A DNA stretch of 64,000 nucleotides from Camelus dromedarius (Eukaryota): contig NC_087436.1 in assembly GCF_036321535.1 (NCBI RefSeq), forward strand, positions 113,834,001 to 113,898,000, written 5' to 3'. The notes beneath the pieces are model-generated. The model was not told the DNA's origin, ran no database searches, and was given only the letters and a program-made list of their open reading frames with translations. The first letter of the stretch is position 1; each line of letters opens with the position of its first letter. Made by a program: the position numbers and the translations under genes. Below are positions 52,831 through 64,000 of this stretch, one piece after another.

Positions 52831-53544
52831 TTAATAGTCTAAGCTCATGCTCATTGGATATCTATGTATGTTTACATATGCATATAAAATCATATATTAT
52901 GTAAAGACACATTTACCAAAATTGGACGAAATGTATGAAGGACTAAAATACGAACACATACACACAATTATGAAAGTTTAGATCCTAAAATATCACTTTA
53001 TAAGAAATTATTTTTCACCTTTCCTTTTACTCTTATTTGGTCATAAAACAGGAGTACCTACTCTTTTGGAAGTATTGGTAAAAGAGTAACTATTCTTCTT
53101 TCCACTCCCAGATGAGTTATCTGGTTGGTGAAATTGGGAAATGGAGTAAATTTGATGAATTGACCTCTGGTTCTGCACCAGGATGAGAACCGGGACCTCC
53201 TTTCCTACTCTGCTGTGAGAGATCAGCGGTGTGAGGCTGCAGTTCTTACAGCTGGCAAAGTACATGCTTAAGCAGGACATCCCAAATCAATTTGGGGTAA
53301 AGAATTAGAAAATGTGATTCTGTCCAGGGATCAAGGCACATGATCAAACACAAGTATATTAGAAATGATGATAATATTTTGATTATAATTTTTCTGTGGT
53401 TATTTCCCAATGGATTTGTCATTTCAATCTCATTGATAAATAATAGTGACCCTAGAATGGGGACCATCAGGATGTGAGGGAATTTTAAAAAGTGTTTGCT
53501 GATTTTCAGATTTCCCTAAATGAACACAAATCATAAAGATAAGA

Positions 53545-53952
53545 AATTCACATACTGCGTGGTATCTCTTATGTGTGAAACCTAAAAAAAAGTCCACCTC
53601 ATAGAAACAGAGTGGAAAAGTTACTGCCAGGGCCCAGGATTGGAGACCCAGTGAGAGGCTGGTTAAAGTGCACAAACTTTCATCTATAAAATGAATAAAA
53701 TCTGAGCCTCCAATGTAAAACAGGGTGATAACACTGTATTGCATATTTGAAATTTGCCAAGAGAGTAAAACTTAAATGTTCTCACCTCCCCAGAAAATAA
53801 AATAAAAATATGACGTGATGGATGTGCTAATTAACTAGATGGGGGGATCCTTTTACAATGTATATGCATATCAAATCATCTTCATCTACACTTTAAATAT
53901 CTTATAATTTGGCATGTCAATTGTACTCAATAAATCTGAAATTAAAAAAGAA
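53545..53952 (+). mobile_element. L1MA-type 3' end
   Basis: catactgcgtggtatctcttatgtgtgaaacctaaaaaaa..ctcatagaaacagag..tttgccaagagagtaaaacttaaatgttctcac..ctcaataaatctgaaattaaaaaa. Confidence 0.9.
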
Positions 53953-54046
53953 ATACGTATAAAATATATATTTTAAATGAGTCTATGTTTCATTTTTTGT
54001 CTTCAAATTGATATTTTATTAAAGTTACCTAAATTATTGAACGGAG

Positions 54047-54121
54047 ATTTTTTTTTTTTTAGTTGAAGTATACTCAGTTACAATGTGTCAATTTCTGGAA
54101 TACAGCATAAAGTCCTATTCA

Positions 54122-54175
<54 letters not shown>

Positions 54176-54530
54176 TACATACACACATATTTTCATTTTC
54201 ATATTCTTTTTCATTAAAGGTTATTACAAGATATTGAATATAGTTCCCTGTGCTATACAGAAGGAATTTGTTTTTGTCTATTTTTATATATAGTGGTCAG
54301 TCAACCTTTGCAAATCTCAAACTCCAGAATTTATCCCTTCCCCACCCCCTTTCCCCCTGTAACCATAAAAATTTTTACCATGTTTGTGAGTCTGCTTCTG
54401 TTTTATAGATGAGTTCATTAGTGTCTTCTTTTTTCTTTTTTCCTTTTTTTTTCTTTTTAGATTCCACATATGAGTGATATCATATGGTATTTTCTTTCTC
54501 TTTCTGGCTTACTTCACTTTGATTGACAAT
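54047..54530 (-). mobile_element. Younger (artiodactyl/camelid-type) L1 3' end with poly(T) and internal (AT)20
   Basis: T-run, agttgaagtatactcagttacaatgtgtcaatttctgg, ggttattacaagatattgaatatagttccctgtgctatacag, ttttagattccacatatgagtgatatcatatggtattt. Confidence 0.9.
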
Positions 54531-55039
54531 TCTGTTTCTATAATTCTTATGTCTATAACATTTTCTATGGTGATTAGTATGGAGAAGTAGGTGTTAGGGG
54601 TGGCTAAAAGAGGCCTCCCCACTCCTGCACTATTGTCAATGGTTTGGCCATTTATTTATCTTTTAATATTGGTCACACCATGCATTGGGCTGACCATGGC
54701 TAAGAATGTAGGGCAGAGCAATGCAGGGCAGAGCAAAGCAGGTGGAAGATACCGCCTCCCACAGAAATGTGAACTGCCTCAGACCATTCTCACATCTCAG
54801 TACCTCAACTTCTTCCATAGGTTGGCATCATCTGGATGGGGGTGGAGGGACAATATTGTGTAAAGGGAAGAACATTCAACTTAGGACCAGAAGACGAGTA
54901 CTCTAAAGTTGTAGTTGTTGTTTATTTGGTTAGTTTTGTTTGTTTTTCTCTTTTTTTCCAAAAAAAAAAAATATGGAGAACTTATACTGACTGAGCCCCT
55001 TTCTATTGGATTGAGCACCCTATTAAAGTTTTAACCCTT

Positions 55040-55575
55040 GTCCTACAATTCTTTCCCTCATTAACTGCAGTGACCTTTTTGTTCTTTCTGGAATCCTATC
55101 AGCTAATTTTCCTCTGCTCTAAAAAAAAAAAAAAATTCTCTCTTCCTAAAAAATGCCCTTTCACTTCCCCCAAGAGCTGTGTGGATGTCTCCCTGCAACC
55201 CCTCACAAACTTGCTGAAACGTCGCCTTCTCAGTAAACTGCTGACCACCGTGGCACTCTAAGGGACATAACTGCCTCATCCATGTTACAGTCTGGGGGCC
55301 TTATTTCCCTCTCACCTGCTTATGGGGAAAATAACAGTGCCAGTGTTACGGAGATAGCAGACTGTGTCATGATGGTGATATATTTCAGTATGATCATCTA
55401 ACTGGCACATGCTGTATGTACAAAACACACTTACTTATTCATTTGTTTTCTATGTCTGCATTAGAATGGAAGTTTCAGAATAGAAGCTTCCTCCTGTATG
55501 TCCTGTACCTATGACAGCACCTGGCATGTAATAGAATTCTGATAAATCTTTATTGAATGAATGAATAAATGAAAA
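55040..55575 (+). mobile_element. L2 LINE 3' end (interrupted)
   Basis: ttagaatggaagtttc..acagcacctggcatgtaatagaattctgataaatctttattgaatgaatgaataaatgaa (L2 tail). Confidence 0.7.
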
Positions 55576-56439
55576 AAGGAAGAAAGGACAAACCTAGAAT
55601 TTTACACTATGCCTAGCTCCAAAGTTAACAAATTTCTAGTCCACTATACTATACTAACCTGATTCTTTTTTAGTTAAATAAGAGCCCTTTTCTCACCACT
55701 TGCTTTAAATATCTGATATGAACCCCATCAACAAAATGTCTTAGTGTGAAAGTGCTCACTATTTATATGTGGGGAACTCAGAAGTTCCCCTCAAAGGATT
55801 AAAAAAAAAATAAAGTCAAGGTCATACTTGTGATCTGAACACAGAAATGTACTTTCTATTCAAAAATGAATCCCAGCAAATGAGCCCAGACAAAACCCAG
55901 AGCTGTAGACAAAACAGAAACACAGATCCAGCCACTCTTTAGCAGCAAGAGGGTAATGAAGGTGGAGATCATTTTGAGTTAAAAAACACATTTCTAATTT
56001 TGATACCAAGGACTGCTATTGTCAACATGAAAGAACATTATCTTATTTCACCATTGCAGGACCAAGTAGGAAGCAGAGATTCAGAATGCCAAATTATCGG
56101 ATATTGGAATTTTTACAGAATCAACTGGGGAGGTGGAACTTTCTCTCTGGATTTTTGCAGAAGTTCAATTAAAAATAATAAGGCCTTAAGATGGATTTTC
56201 TCATCCTTAATAGCTGAACTTAATACCAGTTTCTCCATTCAGAATGTTTTCCTAATGACCCATTGTTCACAGGGGAAAAACATGGAGAAAGAATTGGGTT
56301 TTGAATGAAGCAAACCAAGGATTGACACAGATCTGTACCACTTACGAGCCAAACATAGGAGAAGTACTTAACCTCACTGATTTTACTTCCCTTCTTTCTA
56401 AAATGTTATAATGTTACCCAAATGTACCTCATCTTAAAC

Positions 56440-56790
56440 ACCATGCTAGGTGCACATTAGTCCTTTTGCCTAGAAGGTACCCCATTCTCTCCCTTCTACT
56501 TATAATTTATAATCACTCAAATTCCACTTCTTCAGTAAACATCTCATGGCCCCTTGGCCTGGTCAGGGATGCATTACCTACGATCATGACACCAGATGCC
56601 TTTCCTGGTAGCACCTTCTAAGTCCTGTAATTTTTCTTCTACTTTCTGTAATTAATCTGCCCTCCTTAATAGACTATAGGCTTTGTGATGGCAGGACTTT
56701 CTGGGTCTTTGCTGGGCTTCATAGCCTCAGTTTTCAGCACAGTGTCTGGTTAAGAGCGATGTCTAAGCGAATGCGTGTTGAATAAATAAA
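56440..56790 (+). mobile_element. L2 LINE 3' end
   Basis: tagactataggctttgtgatggcaggact..cagcacagtgtctgg..gtgttgaataaataaa. Confidence 0.7.
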
Positions 56791-58754
56791 ACGCATATGC
56801 ATGTGAGAATATATGAAAGCGACCCAGTTAGTAACTTAGAGGTCATTCTTCCGTGGCCTCTTTTAAATTCCCTTCATTTTCTGTTTCTGCCTGAGCCCAG
56901 GAGGGTAACTGATTCCAATCTGTGCTCCTGAGTCATGCTCACAAGTGAACCGGATTGCAGTGCCTGCCGTGCCGGCTCTGAGTCGCTGCACGGGCAGAGA
57001 TAATTAGCATGGTCAGTGTGTGGGAACTTCAGCCTTACGCAGTGTCTAAGTGCTGAGCTAGCAATCATTGCAATTTCAATTCCAAGGGGACCTGGAATTA
57101 CTTTCTTATTTTTATACTTTCTCTGCATTTCCCAAGTCCCCCAAATTAGAGGAGAAAAGCAGAACCCTGTCCTCCAGCCCTGAACTCCCCCTATAGCAGA
57201 TCTCAAAGATTATAGCCCTTAAATGAATCTCCTTATGGCTCCAGGAGTTAATTTATGATTCGGTTACAGCTTACGAGACTACATAATTCAGTTCACAACA
57301 GTGAGTGCAGCAAGAGATCAATCATAACAAGTATATTTTTACTGTATTTCTACAAAGGCAGGAAGAGCTGTATTTTCTTTCTTTTCATTTGATGGAGAAA
57401 GGGCACCCTGCTATCTGAGCTGTCCGAGAGCTGAAAGAATGATAGAATCCATGGTCCCCAAAACTCACTTGGAATGTTCTAAAAACAGTGTAAGAGAAGT
57501 TTCATTCTTTTCTTTCCTTTCTACTTTTCTCTCCACTGTGTGACTTGAAGACTGGAACAGGGTTTTTCGTAAGACTCAGTTTAAACTCAGCATCATTACT
57601 TAGAGGCAAGGATCTATATATTCACAACAGAAAGAAGATTTAGTGAAAGAGCCAAGACTAGGGTTACGGAAGGCACTCCTCTTGGACGCAGGATGTAAAG
57701 AGATGCTAAAACCCAGTAACCATGATAAAAAATGTTTTAATGCAATATTCGAAAAAAAATCAAAATTAAGCCCCAACAAGCATCCATGGTGGAAAAAAAT
57801 GTCCACATTTTAAGTAAAGATTATCATTAATGATTTTAAAGATTTTGCCTCAGGCTATAGTGTGGCTCAGTATATCGAGTCTTGCTTAACCTTTTGATAT
57901 TTTGCTCATTATGGAACATTCTGCATTACCTTTTAATTTAAAAAGTATCTCATATAAAATTATTTATTTTGATTACTGAGTTATATTGGTGTTCCTTTAA
58001 GTTTCATGCCTGACTTGAGTGCCTTATTAGCCTCATCCTAGGCTAGTCCTGGCTCTGCTTGTGGAAAGAACATTTAGAAGACAGAAATGGTCCCAGATGC
58101 ACCTCATGCAAGCAAGAGACCTTAGGAAACTCACAAAACCTCTGAGCTTTCTTAACTTTCCTCTCAGCAGCATTCACAGAGGTTTGTCACCTATAGATGC
58201 AGCCTCAGCCAGTGTCTGAGTCAATCCTTACCAAACCTGGGGAGCCTTGGACTGACTCTCCAGCAGATGGGATCAAAAATAGTACCAATAATAGCTGGTA
58301 TTTATTTGACACATTTTATTCCAGGTACCTTTAAATGGACAACAATATAATATTTGAAAAAAATCAAATACTAAAGCATTTTGATTTTTTTTCTCTAGCC
58401 CTAAAGTTTTATCTTCCCCAGAAAGGAGATGACTGAGACATCCAATGGATTTAGTAAATGGGAACAAATCTTGCATCTCCAGATAGTGTCTTTGAGGTAC
58501 CTTAGTTGGGCATATATGCCCATTAGCCACAAACATTGTCCCACAAGACCTGGATGTCTATTTCTCCTTTAGATTTCTGCTTTAGCTTCCCATTTGCATC
58601 CAAGTATCCTTGCTGGGCTGCTCCCACTTTGAACCAAGTTCACTTTTGCCATTCATCAGGGGTGATTAGACAGCAAATTTTCTCGAAGACTGTCTCAATA
58701 CAGTCAGTAATGGATCCTGAGCCAGATGCAACAAGCCGTCTAGACTCTGTCTCT

Positions 58755-58846
58755 CCCCTTGGAATCTACAGAGGATTGATTCCAGGACCCCCATGGATTA
58801 AAAAAAGATCCACAAATGCCCAGGTCTCATATAAAATGTCATAGTA
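58755..58846. mobile_element. MER2-like Tigger DNA transposon fragment
   Basis: ggattgattccaggacccccatggat..atccacaaatgcccaggtctcatataaaatgtcatagta. Confidence 0.7.
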
Positions 58847-58862
58847 CATATATCTTTCAAAC

Positions 58863-58889
58863 TTTATTGATTTCAAAAGAATTTTTAAT
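58863..58889 (-). terminator. Candidate minus-strand polyadenylation signals (ATTAAA 58889-58884, AATAAA 58868-58863)
   Basis: Minus strand reads gcattaaaaattcttttgaaatcaataaagtttgaaagatata; hexamers alone are weak evidence. Confidence 0.3.
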
Positions 58890-59893
58890 GCTACATTTCA
58901 CCTACCACCACCAGCCTACTTCATGGGCCTTTTGGTGCTAGGATAATCAATGAACTAAATCGGAAGAGGCGCGAGTTGATAGAAGTCAACTTATAAAGCA
59001 CCTATCATGAAAATCCAATGATAGGCAATCCCATCGTAGAATTTGAGAATGAACTGCACTATACCTTTACCAAGTCACAAAGGTAAACTGTGAACACTGG
59101 CATTTACAGAAACTACCTTCTTTCTTGGGCTCAATCTTCACTCCATTCAATTCTTTCCCTCTTTTCAAAGCTCATAAGATTGAATTTGTACACATTTTAT
59201 CCCTAACGCACTATTCTCAAAATGTGCTTCAAAGGCTGTTTGATCCATGAATTGTCTTGGGGTGAGGTTGTCCAAATAATTTAGGCAATGTTACCTACTG
59301 TAACTCCTTGGAGATTCAAAATGTTCACTAGCGTGTTAGTCCTCTGAGAAGCACTGCAGTAGAGAAAGCATTGAGCTTTGTTTGGGTCAGCAATTTCTGA
59401 ATGTAGTGCTCATTGGATTTTTTTTTCAGTAAAACTTATTGGTGTCCTCTCACGCCAATATTTCATTTCAGGGGAGCCACTAGCTTAGTCAGTTCTGATC
59501 ATGCTTACACATCTGTGTGCTCTCTTAAGAAGAAATACGCTCAGATTTCTTCCTTGTGGAGCCCAACAGTAACCCTGGCCAGGCAAGCAGTCCATCTCTC
59601 GCCCCCCCCTGCCACCCTAATAGCATCTTCACACTCCCTTCAGGAGGGACTTTGCCCTGTTACCTGCCATGACAGGTAATAACTACTCCATGGCAAGGGA
59701 GTACTGTTAAATCATTTGGTGGAAACAGTCTGCCTTTCACTGGGGATCATCTCAAAACCCCTTCTTTAAGGGTACCCCAAAGTGCTTCCCTTAAGTTCAC
59801 CTACCTATACCCTCCACCCTCTACCTCCACCTATAGCTCAGAACACTGATCCTTCTTAAGCCTTTGAGGTTTAAGAGTGATTGGCACAATTGT

Positions 59894-60058
59894 CATGATT
59901 CTCATACTTAAGGTGACCTCAGAATTGCCTGGAGGGCAATTTCTGGAGTCCACCCTGGAGTTTCTGATTAGGCAAGTCTAGGGTAGAGGCCAAGAATTTG
60001 GATTTCTAACAAATTCCTAGGAGAGGCTAATTCCAGGAACATATTTTGGGATCCACTG
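59894..60058. mobile_element. MER5A DNA transposon
   Basis: tcagaattgcctggagggc..ccaccctggagtttctgatt..gtctagggtagaggccaagaatttggatttctaacaaattcctagg..ccactg. Confidence 0.85.
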
Positions 60059-60335
60059 ATATATAGAAACAGTCATACGTACAGAATAGCCTTGCCTTCA
60101 GAAGACTGATGTTACCATAGGTTGATAAGACCAAAAATACATTTAATGTGAAAAGGTAAAAACAAACAAATGAAAAAATCCACAGACAAGTGTCACACCA
60201 GACAATTGTCTGATAATTAAGACAAGTAATCAGAGGTCTCCTGAAATGCCAACACCCAATAAAGCAGTAAATTGAGGCACAGGAAGAAAAAACAGAATTC
60301 CTCTCATATTTTTAATTTAAAAAGTCAAAGAGAAA

Positions 60336-60443
60336 AAAAGAAGAAAACATATATGTATGTATATGTATAACTTAATTGCTTTGCTCTATGAATGAAACTA
60401 ACATTGTAAATCGACTACACATCAATAAAAAATAAGAATTTAA
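60336..60443 (+). mobile_element. Severely 5'-truncated L1 tip (~105 bp) with 17-bp TSD
   Basis: tatatgtatgtatatgtataact..aaactaacattgtaaatcgactacacatcaataaaaa; TSD aaaaagtcaaagagaaa (60319-60335) / aaaaagtcaaaaagaaa (60444-60460). Confidence 0.8.
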
Positions 60444-60571
60444 AAAAAGTCAAAAAGAAAGTAAGTTGTGTGAATATTAATGATGTGGTTAAAAAGGTAG
60501 GGGGAAACTGAGGCTTACACAACACAGGGGGACACAGGGTCACCACACTAATCTACTCAATTTTAGTATAT

Positions 60572-60997
60572 CTTATTAGTTAGGATGCTGGTTTTCTTGT
60601 TATAATAAAGACCAAAATATCAATGACTTAAAAAAAAGTTTATTTCTAACTTCCCTAACAGCATGAGCCTGAGCTTTCCAGGGCTAAAATAGCATCCCTG
60701 TGGTGTGAAACACTCACAACCTTGCAAAAGTGTTGCACTGCCACACTGAGCACCCCTATTGGGAACAAGGACGGCTGCTTCCGCTTTTGCAGAAAGTGGA
60801 GAGAAAGAGGAGAGAGCGTATTCCTTCCTATTTAAGTTGCACTCATCAATTTGTTTTCATCCTATTAGCCAGAACCTATTCAAAAGATTGAATTATCTGT
60901 AAAGGAGACCAGTATGTATAATCTTCCCACCGAGCTAAAACTTCTATTTTTCACAGAACACAGATCTCAAGGGAGGGCAACCAGCAGTCTCTCCGGT
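60572..60997 (-). mobile_element. Old MLT1 MaLR LTR
   Basis: tattagttaggatgc..aaagaccaaaatatcaatgacttaaaaaaaagtttatttct..catcctattagccagaac..gggcaaccagcagtctct. Confidence 0.65.
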
Positions 60998-62053
60998 GTG
61001 TATTATAATGCACTCAGGTTATGTGTTCCTGGTTAATTATATTTACAGGTTGTGTGATCTCATGTCAACCATGCTAGCACTCAGAGAGTAAACACATGGT
61101 TTGGCAGATTCTACAAGAAATGACTGGTTGAAGATAATGTCAGTAACACAAGCACCTGTGAGCAGGAAAATGACAGGACTGATATTGCTTCTGCTCCAAC
61201 GTCTTTGCTGGTTACATTAATGAATTAAAATAATACCAATCTAAACATTTCTGACACACAGAAAGACCAAAACAAACACAAAAACAAAGAAAATCAAATA
61301 AACCCTGGAAGATCATTTGAAACGTATTCAAATTCACTATCATCAGCATCAGCTAATATCTTGCAGGTAAAATGCAAGGTTAATAATAGTGGGATGGACA
61401 CATTATTATACATATATCATTCTATATGTTGTGTTACACATAAAAATCTATGTACATGGGTTATAGATATCCCATAAATTACATACATATCCTATAAAAT
61501 GAATATATACAATTACTATGTATATAATCCCACTTTAGCAATGAGATGCAGAAAAGTTATGTAAGATGTCCGAGTTTTATGTGGTTGCTAAAATGTCATC
61601 ACAATTAGAAAGGCATTTAACATATTCTGTCAGCTTTAACACCTCCGTTAAAAGTCCACTTTTGTAGAATGCAGAATACAGTAGTATTTTAGAACATATG
61701 CACAATTTCCAAACAAATAAGCATGCGCACATTGGGGATGTTTTCTCAAAACATTGAACTACTCAGAATGCTTAGTTCTCTACCGCAGGAATTAATCAAT
61801 GTGGTTAACGTAACTGTAGAAGAAAGGAAACCTTGACTAGGGAGCAAAGTGGGTGCTTTTCTTTGACAGCGTCACTCTGTCTCTAAAATCTTCCATTTCC
61901 ATGAAACCACAGAAGATTACAGTCTGACATTTGGGGATTGACATTACAGGTCTTCTGATGTCTCCTATAAAAATCCAAATCGGTGAGGACTGGAAGTTAA
62001 TACCACTGAACCTCACCGTAAAAGATATTGAACAGGTCTGAGAGAGTCCATTT

Positions 62054-62104
62054 CTATGGAAATGTGGATGCAGGTGAAGAGTCGGAGTCATAAGGAGACG
62101 CATC
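62054..62104 (-). CDS. Candidate terminal coding exon portion of an unidentified minus-strand gene (phase unknown)
   Basis: Minus strand: ctcac branch-like motif, ~35-nt AG-free pyrimidine tract ending ctttgcaAG|GATGCG; phase 0 gives DASPYDSDSSPASTFP*, another phase gives xCVSL*; followed by ~1 kb of non-repetitive AU-rich UTR-like sequence. Confidence 0.3.
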   Translation of the reverse strand, partial: DASPYDSDSSPASTFP

Positions 62105-62534
62105 CTTGCAAAGAGATGTGAAAAGATAGCAAAGAGAGCAAGTGAGTGTGTCCAAACAGGACCCTTGTTCTAAGGAACTGAACCTTGAGAAATAAGAAAT
62201 TTTGATTGATAAAGATTCGATTTTGCATTTAGTGCTAAAGCTTCAGGTTTATTACTCTGCAAAGTCCCTTATTTTTCCCAGGCTCACCGTCCTCATTTCT
62301 GTGAGGTGGAGGAGGCAATGTCTCTGTCACCTACCTCATTGTGTGGGTACAGATCAAATAGCACCAGGAATGCGAAAACCACTTTGCAAAGTACAAACCC
62401 CTGAGTGTCTAGACTTTTATAGAAGGATGGTAGGACTTGGATAGTAAGAGATTACAGAAAAATTATCAAGTGGAATTGAATAACTAATATGTGAGAGCAG
62501 GTGATTGTAGGAAGAGAACTTGCATGTATTTTAC

Positions 62535-62730
62535 ATCATGATCCATGAGACACTTTGCATGCAGTATATCATGTAACCCTCACCACAACTCTGCAGGTAC
62601 CACTGTTAATTCCTATTTTAGAGATGGAGAAACTGAGGCTTCCTGGTCTCTCCAAGGTGGCATAGTTAGGGTGTGGCACAGAACACAGTCAAACACAAAG
62701 CCTGTCTAACTCTCCTAATCTGGTAAATAG
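62535..62730 (-). mobile_element. MIR SINE
   Basis: tcatgtaaccctcaccacaactctgcaggta..cctattttagagatggagaaactgaggct..ccaaggtggcatagttag. Confidence 0.8.
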
Positions 62731-64000
62731 CACAGCCCTGGTGAAGCTACAAGCCTATCTTTCTGAATGCATCTGTTCCAGAAAACGCTTGGGAACTGGT
62801 TGGAAGGGATGCGATAATGGGTTTCAAGTGCTAGGAAAGAGGACTTTCACCTGATGTTTGGGAAATTTGTGTAGGGTTCTTGGCAGGACACATCTATCTG
62901 TGTAAGGAGGATAATGTGCTGGAGGTTTGACAGCCTGCAGTGGGGAGGGATTCAGACTGGCAGAGAGCAGGCTTTAGCAAGTTGGTAAGAACTGACCTTG
63001 AAGTCTGATGTCTGCTTCAGCCAGTAATTTGGCTTTGGGCACCAGGAGAATGAGGCTCAGTGCACCTGTTTTGAAAGAGCTGCCGGGCAGGTAAGGTTCC
63101 CAGGGACTGAAAGTGGTGTGGGCATAGAAGCACACTCAGCTTGGTTGTCTTAAGTACTGAGGTCATGTGCTGATATTGAAATATTTACAGAACACTGTCT
63201 ACATAGAAGGTGCTCTTCTAGAGTCTGAAGATTAAAACAAGTCATAGACATGGGTCTGTCCATTAAATGGCCAGTGATGAAGACTGATAATAAAATGATA
63301 ATTTCAATGCACTCTGATGTGCTACAGAGAAGGAAAGCCCAGAACATTATTATTACTCAAACAAAACCAAAGCTCACCCCTGACTCATTGTGTGAAGACA
63401 GGTCACCACTATTCCCATACAAGCCTGAGACTGGGATGATCCCCATACATGAGCTAGGGTGTGCATGTACTGACATGCACAGAGTAATTGTCCCTTCTAA
63501 TTGAAAATGTGGCTACTGACAGTTTTATGTTCCTGACAGTCAACCAAAGTCAACGGGATTTCATGGTGAATTTATGGTAGCAGGCTCTGGGTCCTGGGTT
63601 AATAGCCTTCTGCTTCTGTAATAAGGGCCCATTAAAAAAAGGAGAAGGGAGGGCCTTCTAAACACAGCCTGATGTTTGAGCTCAGCTGCTGTGAGCTCTG
63701 GGGTATTAAATGCTTTCCTGGATTCAGAGTCTTGTTCCAAATGATATTTCCTTGAAGAGCAGTGGTAATCTCTTCTTCCTAAGTTATCTGGCCCAGAACC
63801 TAAACCTTGACTCATTATACCAGGGGCAGACCACTCACGGGTCTTTGGGGAAGACTCTTCAGTGATGCTTGGTGTTTGGCAAAATATTGGAAAATAAACT
63901 AGCAGCCCTGAGTCTACAGTCTGAGAAGTTGGAAAAATCAGTGCTGTCAAATTTCCAGCCACTGTGAGTAACTAAGTAAACAAGAAATGGAAATAGACTT

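Noticed and set aside
60199..60212. 14-bp perfect palindrome cagacaattgtctg
   Set aside because: A few of this length are expected by chance in 64 kb
61837..62103. 88-aa ORF as a stand-alone gene; superficial CVSL resemblance to the SORCS1a tail in another frame
   Set aside because: No promoter context; the similarity stops after four residues and no other SORCS1 exons are seen
63561..63962. 133-aa minus-strand ORF with a possible acceptor near 63961 and GTGAGT near 63838
   Set aside because: GTG start, no recognisable protein in any frame, weak exon evidence
1..64000. Prokaryotic or viral systems (CRISPR, operons, rRNA, endogenous viral ORFs, NUMT)
   Set aside because: Sequence is mammalian repeat-rich DNA with no repeat-spacer array, rRNA, mitochondrial or intact gag/pol/env signature that I can see

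Overview
AT-rich, CpG-depleted, gene-poor eutherian mammal DNA. It is most likely camelid (alpaca/vicuna/camel), judged from two tRNA-derived SINEs resembling the camelid vic-1 type. The window is dominated by decayed transposable elements: MIR, L2, L3/CR1, L1 of several ages, MaLR/ERVL LTRs and hAT/Tc-Mariner MERs. Almost all supplied ORFs are chance or repeat-derived, and I recognise no intact protein-coding gene. A plausible minus-strand 3' splice site at 62105/62104 may open the last exon and 3' UTR of an unidentified gene entering from the right. The most notable observations are a probable LF-SINE relic (~47.66-48.0 kb), a near-perfect 62-bp-arm inverted repeat and a co-axial palindrome at 50-51.6 kb, a minus-strand-biased array of small hairpins just upstream of a minus-strand poly(A) signal (~59 kb), a 3'-truncated L1 that ends at an internal AATAAA and sits inside an older L1, and two MIR fold-back hairpins. 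No new multi-component biological system can be demonstrated from sequence alone. Repeat family names come from my recall of consensus sequences, not from a search, and repeat boundaries are approximate.
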